DNA from: Candidatus Thorarchaeota archaeon
Lineage (GTDB): Archaea; Asgardarchaeota; Thorarchaeia; Thorarchaeales; Thorarchaeaceae
Direction of reading: 5' to 3'
DNA: 13,591 bases
NCBI GenBank assembly: GCA_003345545.1
Contig: PRDH01000011.1
Location: 1-13,591, forward strand
Below, in pieces: positions 1-7,569 of this stretch. The translations under genes and the position numbers were made by a program. The notes beneath the pieces were generated by a model that searched no databases, was not told the DNA's origin, and saw nothing but the letters and a program-made list of their open reading frames with translations. Each line of letters starts with the position of its first letter. Position 1 is the stretch's first letter.

Positions 1-608
1 TCTCCCGTCTTTCGTGATGAAACAGTACGAGGGCCAGACATGCTTTCAATGTGCCCCTCAACTACGACTTGATTCTGACCGTTGTGAAGATCACCTATCA
101 TTGACATCGCCCTTGGAAATTTGTCTGAGAGTTTCTTTTCGTAGTAGTTTCCACTCCATTGAGGGAGGTCGTGTGTCTTTCCAATCTGGACAAATCCAAG
201 TTTCCTGTAGAATGGGTTGGTCCTGACATTCCATTCGGGAGTCCCCAATGCCCATAGCTCGGCTGAGGGATATCCCAGCCAGACTATCTCGAATGCCTTC
301 TCGCCTACGCCCTTTCTCATATGGTCAGGATTCACCCAGATTCTCTCGCACACTTGATATCCTGGGCCCCTATCTCCTGCGATGAATCCTCCAATAATGT
401 TGCCGCTTCTGAGAATCTTGTAGTATTGCAGGTATGGATTGCCGATTATGCCTTTATTCCATTCAACCGAGTCATAGCCCGGAGGGCCGCCTGGGCCAGG
501 AGCTCCTACCTCTGAGTCAGAGTCGAATGCCTTCTTGCATATTCCCGTCAGAATCTCTGCATCTTCCGTTTCTGCTCTGCGGACTGCAATCTCATTTGTC
601 GCGTTCAT
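1..608 (-). CDS. GNAT-family N-acetyltransferase fused to a C-terminal OB-fold (SSB/RPA-like) domain; 3'-partial, runs off the window edge
   Basis: Manual translation from ATG 608, open to base 3 with no stop: MNATNEIAVRRAETEDAEILTGICKKAFDSD...GPGGPPGYDSVEWN...ERIWVNPDHMRKGVGEKA...LGTPEWNVRTNPFYRKLGFVQIG... It has the GNAT acetyl-CoA motif A (VxPxxxRKGVG) and the NxxxxxFYxKLGF motif. It continues as MSMIGDLHNGQNQVVVEGHIESMSGPRTVSSRKTG, resembling the first strands of archaeal SSB/RPA OB folds. Not in the supplied ORF track. Confidence 0.85.
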   Translation of the reverse strand, partial: MNATNEIAVRRAETEDAEILTGICKKAFDSDSEVGAPGPGGPPGYDSVEWNKGIIGNPYLQYYKILRSGNIIGGFIAGDRGPGYQVCERIWVNPDHMRKGVGEKAFEIVWLGYPSAELWALGTPEWNVRTNPFYRKLGFVQIGKTHDLPQWSGNYYEKKLSDKFPRAMSMIGDLHNGQNQVVVEGHIESMSGPRTVSSRKTG

Positions 609-776
609 TGAAAAACCCGTTTGACATCGAGGGCGCTCGTTCTTTACCTAATCGCTCAGGCTTAACGAGCTATGGCTACACTTTCCATTGACTGTGCTCC
701 TATCGAAGTGATAGAGAGGATGGCTAATGGCCCACGTCGTCTGAGAGTTCAAGGAATCGCCACTCTCTTTGAGAGC

Positions 777-1556
777 TCATCTTCGCCTTCTAATGACCAA
801 GCGAGAGAATGTTATATTCCGACCCTCGTCATCTTGAGCAATCTTCTCAGGATATCCTATGATTCGTTCCCACTCAAGATACGTCAGGTATCCCTCTTTA
901 TCTGGAAAGTTATCTGCCACCTCAACCTCCACTTGTTCTGTCTTGAGCCAGTGTCTTTTCCACCATTCCGCTGAGTGCCACGTATAGAGCATGCAAGACT
1001 CCCAATACTGTCTTAGATGCGCAGGAATGTCGTCTAATAGTGTTCCCTGAAACTCGGTGTAAAATCCAGGAACAACACTGCCTATCTGCCCACCGAGCTT
1101 CACTCGTGGAATGAGATGGTGTTTCAGATAGATGTCTTCAGTAGCGAAGAAGAAAAGGGAATTTACACATATGATAGCGTCAAAGAAATCTTTGGGGAAA
1201 GGAAGCTCTCGGGCATCGCTTCTGAGTGGAAAAATCTGCGCCTCAAGGCCCATCTGCTTTATTCGTTCCCAATTCTCCGTTTGGCTGACAGCATTGTCGA
1301 CTGCCCAGACTTGTACATCGAATTCCTTTGCCAGGAATATTGCTCCTCCGGCCTTTCCGCATCCAAGATCCAGGACACGCATCCCTGGTTTCAAATCCAT
1401 CTTCTCACAGAGCCGCTCTAGTAGCCAAAGAGTAGGGCATCCCATATCGAGACTTACCATCCAATCGGGCTCATATTTGCAGGTGCGAGGAAAGTCTTCA
1501 TTTCTCAGCAGCTTGCGAGCCAGTTCCATATTGACATTTGTCGCCACATGAGTCAC
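777..1556 (-). CDS. Class I SAM-dependent methyltransferase (Cfa/UbiE-like fold), substrate unknown
   Basis: 259 aa ORF, GTG start. Motif I RVLDLGCGKAG, acidic end of strand 2 (VWAVD), and DARELPFPKDFFDAI motif II region. Confidence 0.88.
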   Translation of the reverse strand: MTHVATNVNMELARKLLRNEDFPRTCKYEPDWMVSLDMGCPTLWLLERLCEKMDLKPGMRVLDLGCGKAGGAIFLAKEFDVQVWAVDNAVSQTENWERIKQMGLEAQIFPLRSDARELPFPKDFFDAIICVNSLFFFATEDIYLKHHLIPRVKLGGQIGSVVPGFYTEFQGTLLDDIPAHLRQYWESCMLYTWHSAEWWKRHWLKTEQVEVEVADNFPDKEGYLTYLEWERIIGYPEKIAQDDEGRNITFSRLVIRRRR

Positions 1557-1573
1557 CTACTTCCATAGTCTGG

Positions 1574-1595
1574 AGATACATAGACACCTGTATCT
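1574..1595. promoter_or_regulatory. 7-bp inverted repeat AGATACA-N8-TGTATCT upstream of the methyltransferase start; possible operator or hairpin
   Basis: Perfect arms at 1574-1580 and 1589-1595 in the 86-nt deaminase/methyltransferase spacer, adjoining the AT-rich minus-strand TATTTTAGA. Function is inferred only. Confidence 0.3.
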
Positions 1596-1642
1596 AAAAT
1601 AGAGCTAGAAGTAAGCAAGATTGTGGCGAAGCACCCCGCATG

Positions 1643-3037
1643 TTAGAGTACAGGCCACTTGGGACTGATGTCGACATCAGCCCGCTCCAGAAGCTCAGTG
1701 ATGTGGGACTTGGCCTTCTCCATGACCTCGTCTATGTTCAGCGTCAGGAGTTGCTTGTTGCACATCAGAACCTTCCCGTTCACTATGGTAGTGTCAACAC
1801 TCTGACCACTCCCGCTATAGACAAGATTGGACACGGGATTCACTGCAGGTGTGAGACCAAGTTCGTGTAGGTCGATGATGATGACATCAGCGAGTTTCCC
1901 AGGCTCAAGGGAGCCCACCTTGTCAGCAATTCCCATGGCAACAGCGCCTCTAAGGGTTGCCATCTCGATCACATCCTCAGCACTCACCACGAGGGGGTCC
2001 TTGGCAACTGGCTTATGTATGAGAGCGGCAAGACGCATCTCGCGGACCATGTCATAGGTATTGTTACTGGGTCCGCCATCACACCCGAGAGACACAGGCA
2101 CACCCTGTTCTAACATCTGCGGAATCTTTGCAAATCCCGAGGCAAGTTTTGTATTGCTCGCTGGACAGTGGCTGATGTTAGTATGTGTTTCAGAGAGGGC
2201 CTTCAGCTCAGTATCCTCGAAATGGATGCCATGGGCAAAGACCATCTCAGGGCCAAGCAGGTTGTGCTTCCGTGCAAAGCCAGTGAGGTTCGTGCCGAAG
2301 TTGTCCCGGACATACCTGACATCATCCACGACCTCTCCAAGGTGCATGGTCATGTGGGTCTTCTTCTCCCGGGTCCTCTGGGCGACCTCCATGAATAGGT
2401 CGGGAGTCACACCGCCCAGGGACCTGAGGCCATACCAGACCTGAATGCGGCCATCTGCCTTCCCATGCCACTTTCGGTACATCTGATTGGTCTCGCGCAG
2501 GCAGGCATCAGCATTCTCTACCATCCCGGGATACATAATGTCCGAACTATCGGCATAGCCTGCGGAGTCCATGATGATCTTTGAGAGCCCACCACGCATC
2601 CCGGCTTGCACCACAGCCTTGGCGATTCCATCGAAGCCGTATCGCGTGTGAATCATACAGTCAACAAAGGAGGTAGTGCCGGTTCGAATCATCTCTGCCA
2701 TACAGAGATTTGCGGAAACCCTACCATCATCCTTTGTGAAGTTGCCCTGTAGCACCCAGACATATTTCTTGAGCCAATCAACAAGAGATACATCATCCGC
2801 ACAACCACGTATCAGAGCCTGAGACAGGTGAACATGGGTATCTATGAGACCAGGCATCACGATCTTGTTCTTGGCATCGATGACAGTCTCAGCTCCATGT
2901 GCCTGCAGGGCCTCAGTCTTTCCTACCTCGACTATCTTTGTGTCCTCGATGTAGATGGCACCATCACGGACTATCTGGCGTCTGGGATTGAGGGTCAGAA
3001 CATATCCATTCTTGATTAGTATTGAGTCTGAGGGCAT
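1643..3037 (-). CDS. Metal-dependent amidohydrolase/deaminase (COG0402; guanine/8-oxoguanine/MTA-SAH deaminase and Atz/Trz-like family)
   Basis: Motifs PGLIDTHVHLSQ (HxH), MHLGE (H plus catalytic E), FAHG, HCPASNTKL, LGCDG (metal Asp) and GSLEPGKLADVI. Start moved from 3085 to ATG 3037 (MPSDSILIKNGYVLT), with a GGAGGT SD at 3052-3047. Confidence 0.92.
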   Translation of the reverse strand: MPSDSILIKNGYVLTLNPRRQIVRDGAIYIEDTKIVEVGKTEALQAHGAETVIDAKNKIVMPGLIDTHVHLSQALIRGCADDVSLVDWLKKYVWVLQGNFTKDDGRVSANLCMAEMIRTGTTSFVDCMIHTRYGFDGIAKAVVQAGMRGGLSKIIMDSAGYADSSDIMYPGMVENADACLRETNQMYRKWHGKADGRIQVWYGLRSLGGVTPDLFMEVAQRTREKKTHMTMHLGEVVDDVRYVRDNFGTNLTGFARKHNLLGPEMVFAHGIHFEDTELKALSETHTNISHCPASNTKLASGFAKIPQMLEQGVPVSLGCDGGPSNNTYDMVREMRLAALIHKPVAKDPLVVSAEDVIEMATLRGAVAMGIADKVGSLEPGKLADVIIIDLHELGLTPAVNPVSNLVYSGSGQSVDTTIVNGKVLMCNKQLLTLNIDEVMEKAKSHITELLERADVDISPKWPVL

Positions 3038-3059
3038 TGGCGCTATACCTCCGATGCAG

Positions 3060-3074
3060 ACAGACATCTGGCAG
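3060..3074 (-). promoter_or_regulatory. Candidate operator CTGCCAGATGTCTGT (near-palindromic core CAGAYRTCTG) upstream of the deaminase
   Basis: 13/15 identical to CTACCAGATATCTGT at 7513-7527 upstream of the PreA-like gene; both copies are intergenic. Confidence 0.3.
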
Positions 3075-3108
3075 TAGAATAACATAATGATTGTGGTGCC
3101 GCTGACAT

Positions 3109-4911
3109 TTACTTTACTATCTCGAACTTCAGATCTATACTGAGACCCTCTTCAGGATGCCCCTTTACACGGTCGCGTAGTGTGGGATAGGCACCACCAT
3201 ATTTCTCTGCAAGTCGTCGGACAAGATGGAGCCCGACACCTCCGTATCTCCGAGTTGGGTCAAAGAAATCGATCTTCTTTGCATCTGAAATTCCAGGACC
3301 GTTGTCGGTAATCGTGAGAGTGTATGTCTTGCCAGATGACTTCCCTGAGACACTGACGGTCTTGTACAATTCTTCTTTCGGATTATGAATGACTGCGTTC
3401 TCTAGGAGATTCCATATGAGCTGACTCAGTGCTTGGTCCGCATAGACCATGACATCGCCTTTGAATCCACTGAGATCGGTTCGGACTCCCCGTTGTTTGA
3501 AGAGAAGTTCAGCCTCAGCCTCTACTACTGGACGGAGACGCACAGGTATGAGAGGCTCCGACTTTGATTCCTCAGCACGACGCACTTTTTGAATCAGTTC
3601 AAGGCAACGAAGGGCTCCGTCCATGATGTATCTCTTTGAGCGGACTATCTGGTCAGGCTTGGAGTCGGTATCCAAGAAATCGCTCCCCGCAACAATCAGC
3701 TGCAGCTGATTGCCAATATCATGTAGAAGCAGGTCTAGCAGGAAGTACACCTCAGCCTCAACCTTCTTCATATCAGAAATATCAGTGAATACTGCCATAC
3801 TTCCAGCATACACGCCATCTCGATTCAGTACTGGTGATGCTGAGACCATGACGGGAACAAGGCCGCCCTTCTTGTGAATGAGCTGAGCCTCATAGTGCTC
3901 CAATTTTCCCTCTTTTCGTGCCTTGACTTTTTCGTGCACGTTGTTCTCAGTCCAGCCGTGTAGAATCTCCGTTATTGGATGCCCGACCAGTTCCGCGGGT
4001 GAATCATACCCAAGCATACGGCACAATGCGTCATTGACCAGAACCATCTTGCCATCGCCATCGTCAACACTCAATCCTGAGTCCATTGTTTCCACGAGTG
4101 AGCGATAGCGATATTCTGATTCTTCAAGCGCATGAGCACTCTTCAGTTCCTCAGTAATATCGAGGAGCTGTCCGACTGTTCTAACCTTACCATCTCTGCC
4201 TCTTATGGATCCAACACTCATCCGGATATTACGTGATGCTCCATCCTTGCGTACCACCTTGAACTCGTAGATGGTGGGAACTTCCTCACCCCGTTGACGT
4301 TTTATGTACCGCTCCGAAACTAGTTCAAGACTATCAGGGTGAAGAAACTCACGAAAGTCATGGCCTACGATCTCGCTCCTGAGCCTTCCAAGGATATCAC
4401 AGAGCTTGTCATTCACATATCTGAATCTGTAATCATCGCCGACTATGAGTGTCCCGCTGAGATTATTGTAGTCCACAATATACTCCAGTATCTCTTTTTG
4501 TGAGAGTATCTTCTCTTCAACGGCCTCCCTACGAGCTAGATCAACAACATAAGCAATATAGCCTGTGACCTTCTCGTCTGTCTTGATTGCATTGGCGTAC
4601 ACCTGCGTTGGAACAGCCACACCACTAGGACCGACTACACGAAGTGAGATTGATGTGGGTGTTGCACCCTCGCGGAGCTGATTCAGTCCTTCATGCACCA
4701 GAGCGTGTTGCTCTGGGATGACTAGGGAATCTAGATGAACTCCCGCAGCTATCCTGGAATCATCCAGGTTCAGTAGTTTTGCCGCAGAAGGATTTGCATA
4801 GGTCAGCATGAAATTTAGATCGAACTCCACTACCGGAATCAGCATCATATCTGCCACTTCGTGGAATCCTCTTCTATGCGGGAGCGGCTCTCGCCGGCGT
4901 TTTTGTTTCAT
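3109..4911 (-). CDS. Soluble PAS-domain sensor histidine kinase (3 PAS/PAC + HisKA-like + HATPase_c)
   Basis: Three PAS repeats (LTYANPSAAKLL; FRYVNDKLCDILG...FLHPDS; VLVNDALCRMLGY) ending in DL/DIT/DIS. H-box LLLHDIGNQLQ, N-box LIWNLLENAVIH, G1 DNGPGI, G2 GGVGLHLV. No evident TM helix. Start set at ATG 4911 (MKQKRR); the 5052 start would overlap the divergent promoter region. Confidence 0.92.
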   Translation of the reverse strand: MKQKRRREPLPHRRGFHEVADMMLIPVVEFDLNFMLTYANPSAAKLLNLDDSRIAAGVHLDSLVIPEQHALVHEGLNQLREGATPTSISLRVVGPSGVAVPTQVYANAIKTDEKVTGYIAYVVDLARREAVEEKILSQKEILEYIVDYNNLSGTLIVGDDYRFRYVNDKLCDILGRLRSEIVGHDFREFLHPDSLELVSERYIKRQRGEEVPTIYEFKVVRKDGASRNIRMSVGSIRGRDGKVRTVGQLLDITEELKSAHALEESEYRYRSLVETMDSGLSVDDGDGKMVLVNDALCRMLGYDSPAELVGHPITEILHGWTENNVHEKVKARKEGKLEHYEAQLIHKKGGLVPVMVSASPVLNRDGVYAGSMAVFTDISDMKKVEAEVYFLLDLLLHDIGNQLQLIVAGSDFLDTDSKPDQIVRSKRYIMDGALRCLELIQKVRRAEESKSEPLIPVRLRPVVEAEAELLFKQRGVRTDLSGFKGDVMVYADQALSQLIWNLLENAVIHNPKEELYKTVSVSGKSSGKTYTLTITDNGPGISDAKKIDFFDPTRRYGGVGLHLVRRLAEKYGGAYPTLRDRVKGHPEEGLSIDLKFEIVK

Positions 4912-4947
4912 GGCCGTGCATCTACAGGCTTTGATGGTCACCACTAT

Positions 4948-4967
4948 ATGTCCAAAATCGATTGGAC
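4948..4967. promoter_or_regulatory. Candidate regulator-binding site: GTCCAA-N6-TTGGAC inverted repeat overlapping the 16-mer AATCGATTTTGGACAT (minus strand)
   Basis: Lies in the divergent kinase/Fe-S-AOR spacer. The 16-mer (4963 to 4948) matches 10968-10983 in the second divergent spacer at 15/16. Confidence 0.45.
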
Positions 4968-5090
4968 GCAGAGTGGAATACAAGACTGAACCACTAATAT
5001 CTTTGTATGATGTATACGACCAAGAGGAACAACTTAAGAGCCAACTATACATTTGCGTGGGGGCTTACAGAATACAGGAGAAACCACCCT

Positions 5091-5582
5091 GTGAAAGACA
5101 TACTCGCCATCGACTTGAGACTGTGCACAGGATGTCGCAGCTGTGAGCTTGCCTGCTCTATTGCCCATACGCGATCTTTCAACCCGAAGAGGTCGAGGAT
5201 TCAGATTCTGAAAGAGGAGGTCAGGAATCTCGTTGTACCCATGGTATGCCTGCAATGCGAACGGCCCCTCTGCCAAGAGGCGTGTCCGAATGGCGCGATA
5301 GTGGAGAACAAACACGGAGTTCTCTACGTTGATAGTGAAATCTGCATTGGTTGCATGAACTGCGTGACTGCATGTGTATACGGTGGGATTGCCATCGACC
5401 CCGTGACTAGAAGAGCAATAAAGTGCGACCTGTGTAAGGGAGATCCAGCTTGCGCCAAGGCATGCCAATACGGTGCAATCAGTCTCAGCACCTCAGAGGC
5501 AGGAGGGCTCAATCAACGCAGGAGAGGGGTCGTGCCAGCATTTCGAACGCTGGGAATCCAGGTAGAGGAGGGAAGAGAGTGA
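5091..5582 (+). CDS. 4x[4Fe-4S] electron-transfer protein (DmsB/HydN/AorA-like), probable small subunit of the adjacent AOR
   Basis: 16 Cys in four motifs: CTGCRSCELAC, CLQCERPLCQEAC, CIGCMNCVTAC, CDLCKGDPACAKAC. GTG start at 5091 with AGGAG at 5076-5080. The stop overlaps the AOR start (GTGA). Confidence 0.93.
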   Translation: MKDILAIDLRLCTGCRSCELACSIAHTRSFNPKRSRIQILKEEVRNLVVPMVCLQCERPLCQEACPNGAIVENKHGVLYVDSEICIGCMNCVTACVYGGIAIDPVTRRAIKCDLCKGDPACAKACQYGAISLSTSEAGGLNQRRRGVVPAFRTLGIQVEEGRE

Positions 5583-7507
5583 CATTTCCATACAAGGGCT
5601 ATGCAGGGAAATACCTGGATGTCGACCTCACAAAGGGCGTTGTCCATGTGAAAGACATGGAGAAGGAGTGGGCAAGGCTTTTCCTCGGAGGCAGCGGGGT
5701 TTCTTCAAAGATACTCTGGGAGAGAACGAATGCCAGGACAGACCCGTTGTCACCCCAGAATATACTGATCGCAGGGACCGGGCCCCTCACTGGTGCATTG
5801 TTCTCACCATCGGGGAGAATGATGTTTGCAGCAAGAGGCCCCCTGACAGGTGTATGGGCGGAGTCCCATGTTGGTGGATTCATGGGTCCTGAGATGAAGT
5901 ACGCGGGATTCGACTTTGTCATCTTCAATGGGCGTTCCAAGAAGCCCGTCTATCTCTTCATGAGGGACGGACACGCAGAGCTCAGGGACGCCTCGCACGT
6001 CTGGGGGCAAGAGACCAATATCACAACAGTGATGATCCGTGAAGAACACAAGGACCCGTCGATTGAGACTGCGGTCATTGGGCCTGCGGGAGAGCACGGA
6101 GTACTCTACGGTTCCATCACTGTGGACTTCTATCGTGCAGCAGGGCGAGCCGGTCTTGGGGCGGTGATGGGGTCTAAGAATCTGAAGGGCATAGCAGCCT
6201 CTGGAGCCATCGGTCTGGAGGCGTATGACATGGACAAATTCGTCGAGGCCAGCGCACGCGAGGTGGCAAAGCTCAACGACCCTCTTTGGAAGGAATCACT
6301 TGCATCACTAAGAAAGTATGGGACCACAGGCCTTGTAGCCGTCATCAATCAGATTGGAAGACTCCCCACAAAGAACCACTGGACTGGCTACTATGAGCTG
6401 GCCGAGGATATCGGTCCTGAGATCATTGCAGAGAAGTACAGGATTGGACAAGAAGCATGCTATGGATGTGCAATCGGCTGCAAATACATCATCCGCATAA
6501 AGGACGGTGACTACGCTACAGAACCTGTCGGTGGCCAAGAATATGAAACAATCATGGCCTTTGGTTCTAACTGCCTGAATAACGATATTGAGTCCATCCT
6601 CCATCTGGGCAAGAGGTGTGACTTGCTTGGTCTGGATACCATATCATGCGGTAAGACAATCGGATTTGCAATGGAGCTCTTTGAGAAGGGCATCTTGACG
6701 GAGAAGGACACAGGAGGTATTGACCTCACCTGGGGCAACAAGGAGGCACAGGTCAAGCTTGTCGAGATGATTGCTAGGAGGGAGGGTATAGGTGACATTC
6801 TCGCAAACGGGGTCAGAAAGGCAGCCGAGCAGATAGGTGGTGATGCATGGAAGTATGCAGTCCATGTGAAGGGGCTCGAGGCCTCGGGACAGGACCCACG
6901 GGCACATCAGAGCGTTGGTCTGACATATGCCACAAATGTGCGCGGAGCAGACCACCTTAGAAGCCTGTCAAGCCTAGAAGAGCTGGGATATCCGAATATC
7001 GTCATCCAACGGTTTGGTGAGGAGAAAGCGGATGCAATCCTAAATATCATGTCACCAAAGTACAAGGGCCAGGTTGTGTGGGACATGGAGGACCTGTATG
7101 CCTTGGTCGATTCTGCAGTGATATGTAAGTACTCAACGATGTGGCCTCCGGTATTCTATTATGACACGTTTGTCAATGTCATCCCGTCCCTGACTGGCAT
7201 GAAGGAGTGGTCAGACCCGAAGTACGTGCGGCAGACTGCGGAGAGGATAAGCCACCTCAGACGAGCATTCAATCACAGGCTTGGAATCACGCGGAAAGAC
7301 GAGACCCTGCCTCCGAGGTTGCTGCATGAGCCGATGCCAACCGGACCTGCAAAGGGTGGACTTCCAGACCTTGACGAGATGCTTGATGAGTACTACGAGT
7401 ATCGTGGCTGCGACAGAGAGACCGGGTACCCGAAGGAGTCGAAGCTCAAAGATCTGCAGCTAGACTTCGTGGTTGATACGCTCAAGCCCAAGGGAATGAC
7501 GCGGTAG
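5579..7507 (+). CDS. aor: Tungsten-containing aldehyde:ferredoxin oxidoreductase (AOR/WOR) family catalytic subunit
   Basis: GYAGKYLDVDLT N-terminus, GPLTG...GGFMGPEMKYAGFD, IGPAGE, AAGRAGLGAVMGSKNLK, [4Fe-4S] ligands CYGCAIGC plus ICKY, EYET, DLLGLDTISCG, VKGLE, GADH. Real start is GTG 5579, overlapping the upstream TGA; the ORF-track extension from 5450 is not AOR-like. Confidence 0.95.
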   Translation: MTFPYKGYAGKYLDVDLTKGVVHVKDMEKEWARLFLGGSGVSSKILWERTNARTDPLSPQNILIAGTGPLTGALFSPSGRMMFAARGPLTGVWAESHVGGFMGPEMKYAGFDFVIFNGRSKKPVYLFMRDGHAELRDASHVWGQETNITTVMIREEHKDPSIETAVIGPAGEHGVLYGSITVDFYRAAGRAGLGAVMGSKNLKGIAASGAIGLEAYDMDKFVEASAREVAKLNDPLWKESLASLRKYGTTGLVAVINQIGRLPTKNHWTGYYELAEDIGPEIIAEKYRIGQEACYGCAIGCKYIIRIKDGDYATEPVGGQEYETIMAFGSNCLNNDIESILHLGKRCDLLGLDTISCGKTIGFAMELFEKGILTEKDTGGIDLTWGNKEAQVKLVEMIARREGIGDILANGVRKAAEQIGGDAWKYAVHVKGLEASGQDPRAHQSVGLTYATNVRGADHLRSLSSLEELGYPNIVIQRFGEEKADAILNIMSPKYKGQVVWDMEDLYALVDSAVICKYSTMWPPVFYYDTFVNVIPSLTGMKEWSDPKYVRQTAERISHLRRAFNHRLGITRKDETLPPRLLHEPMPTGPAKGGLPDLDEMLDEYYEYRGCDRETGYPKESKLKDLQLDFVVDTLKPKGMTR

Positions 7508-7512
7508 AACAG

Positions 7513-7545
7513 CTACCAGATATCTGTTCAGGAGAATGATTTATG
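7513..7545 (+). promoter_or_regulatory. Palindrome CAGATATCTG (7517-7526) and TATA-like TTTATG (7540-7545) before the PreA-like gene; possible internal promoter/operator
   Basis: Perfect 10-bp palindrome in a 62-nt spacer. TTTATG sits about 25-30 nt upstream of ATG 7570, the spacing expected for an archaeal leaderless transcript. Confidence 0.3.
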
Positions 7546-7569
7546 TTCATGGAGCTGTAGGTCACGTCT

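Noticed and set aside
609-776. Possible structured RNA or terminator in the 168-nt spacer (CTATC-N5-GATAG, CTCTC-TTT-GAGAG)
   Set aside because: Stems are only about 5 bp, with no U-tract and no tRNA, riboswitch or C/D-box pattern that I can support.
14-974. Short plus-strand ORFs 14..226, 321..515, 434..691, 672..974
   Set aside because: Antisense to the GNAT-OB gene or the methyltransferase 3' end, with no family motifs.
4912-5090. N-terminal extensions of the kinase (to 5052) and the Fe-S protein (from 5007), and ORF 4808..5146
   Set aside because: They would overlap head to head and do not resemble the families. Downstream starts at 4911 and 5091 (with SD) leave a normal divergent promoter region.
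5450-5578. 43-codon N-terminal extension of AOR1 as a possible signal or Tat peptide (contains RR)
   Set aside because: It overlaps the Fe-S gene in another frame, has no hydrophobic h-region, and the GTGA coupling at 5579 marks the real start.
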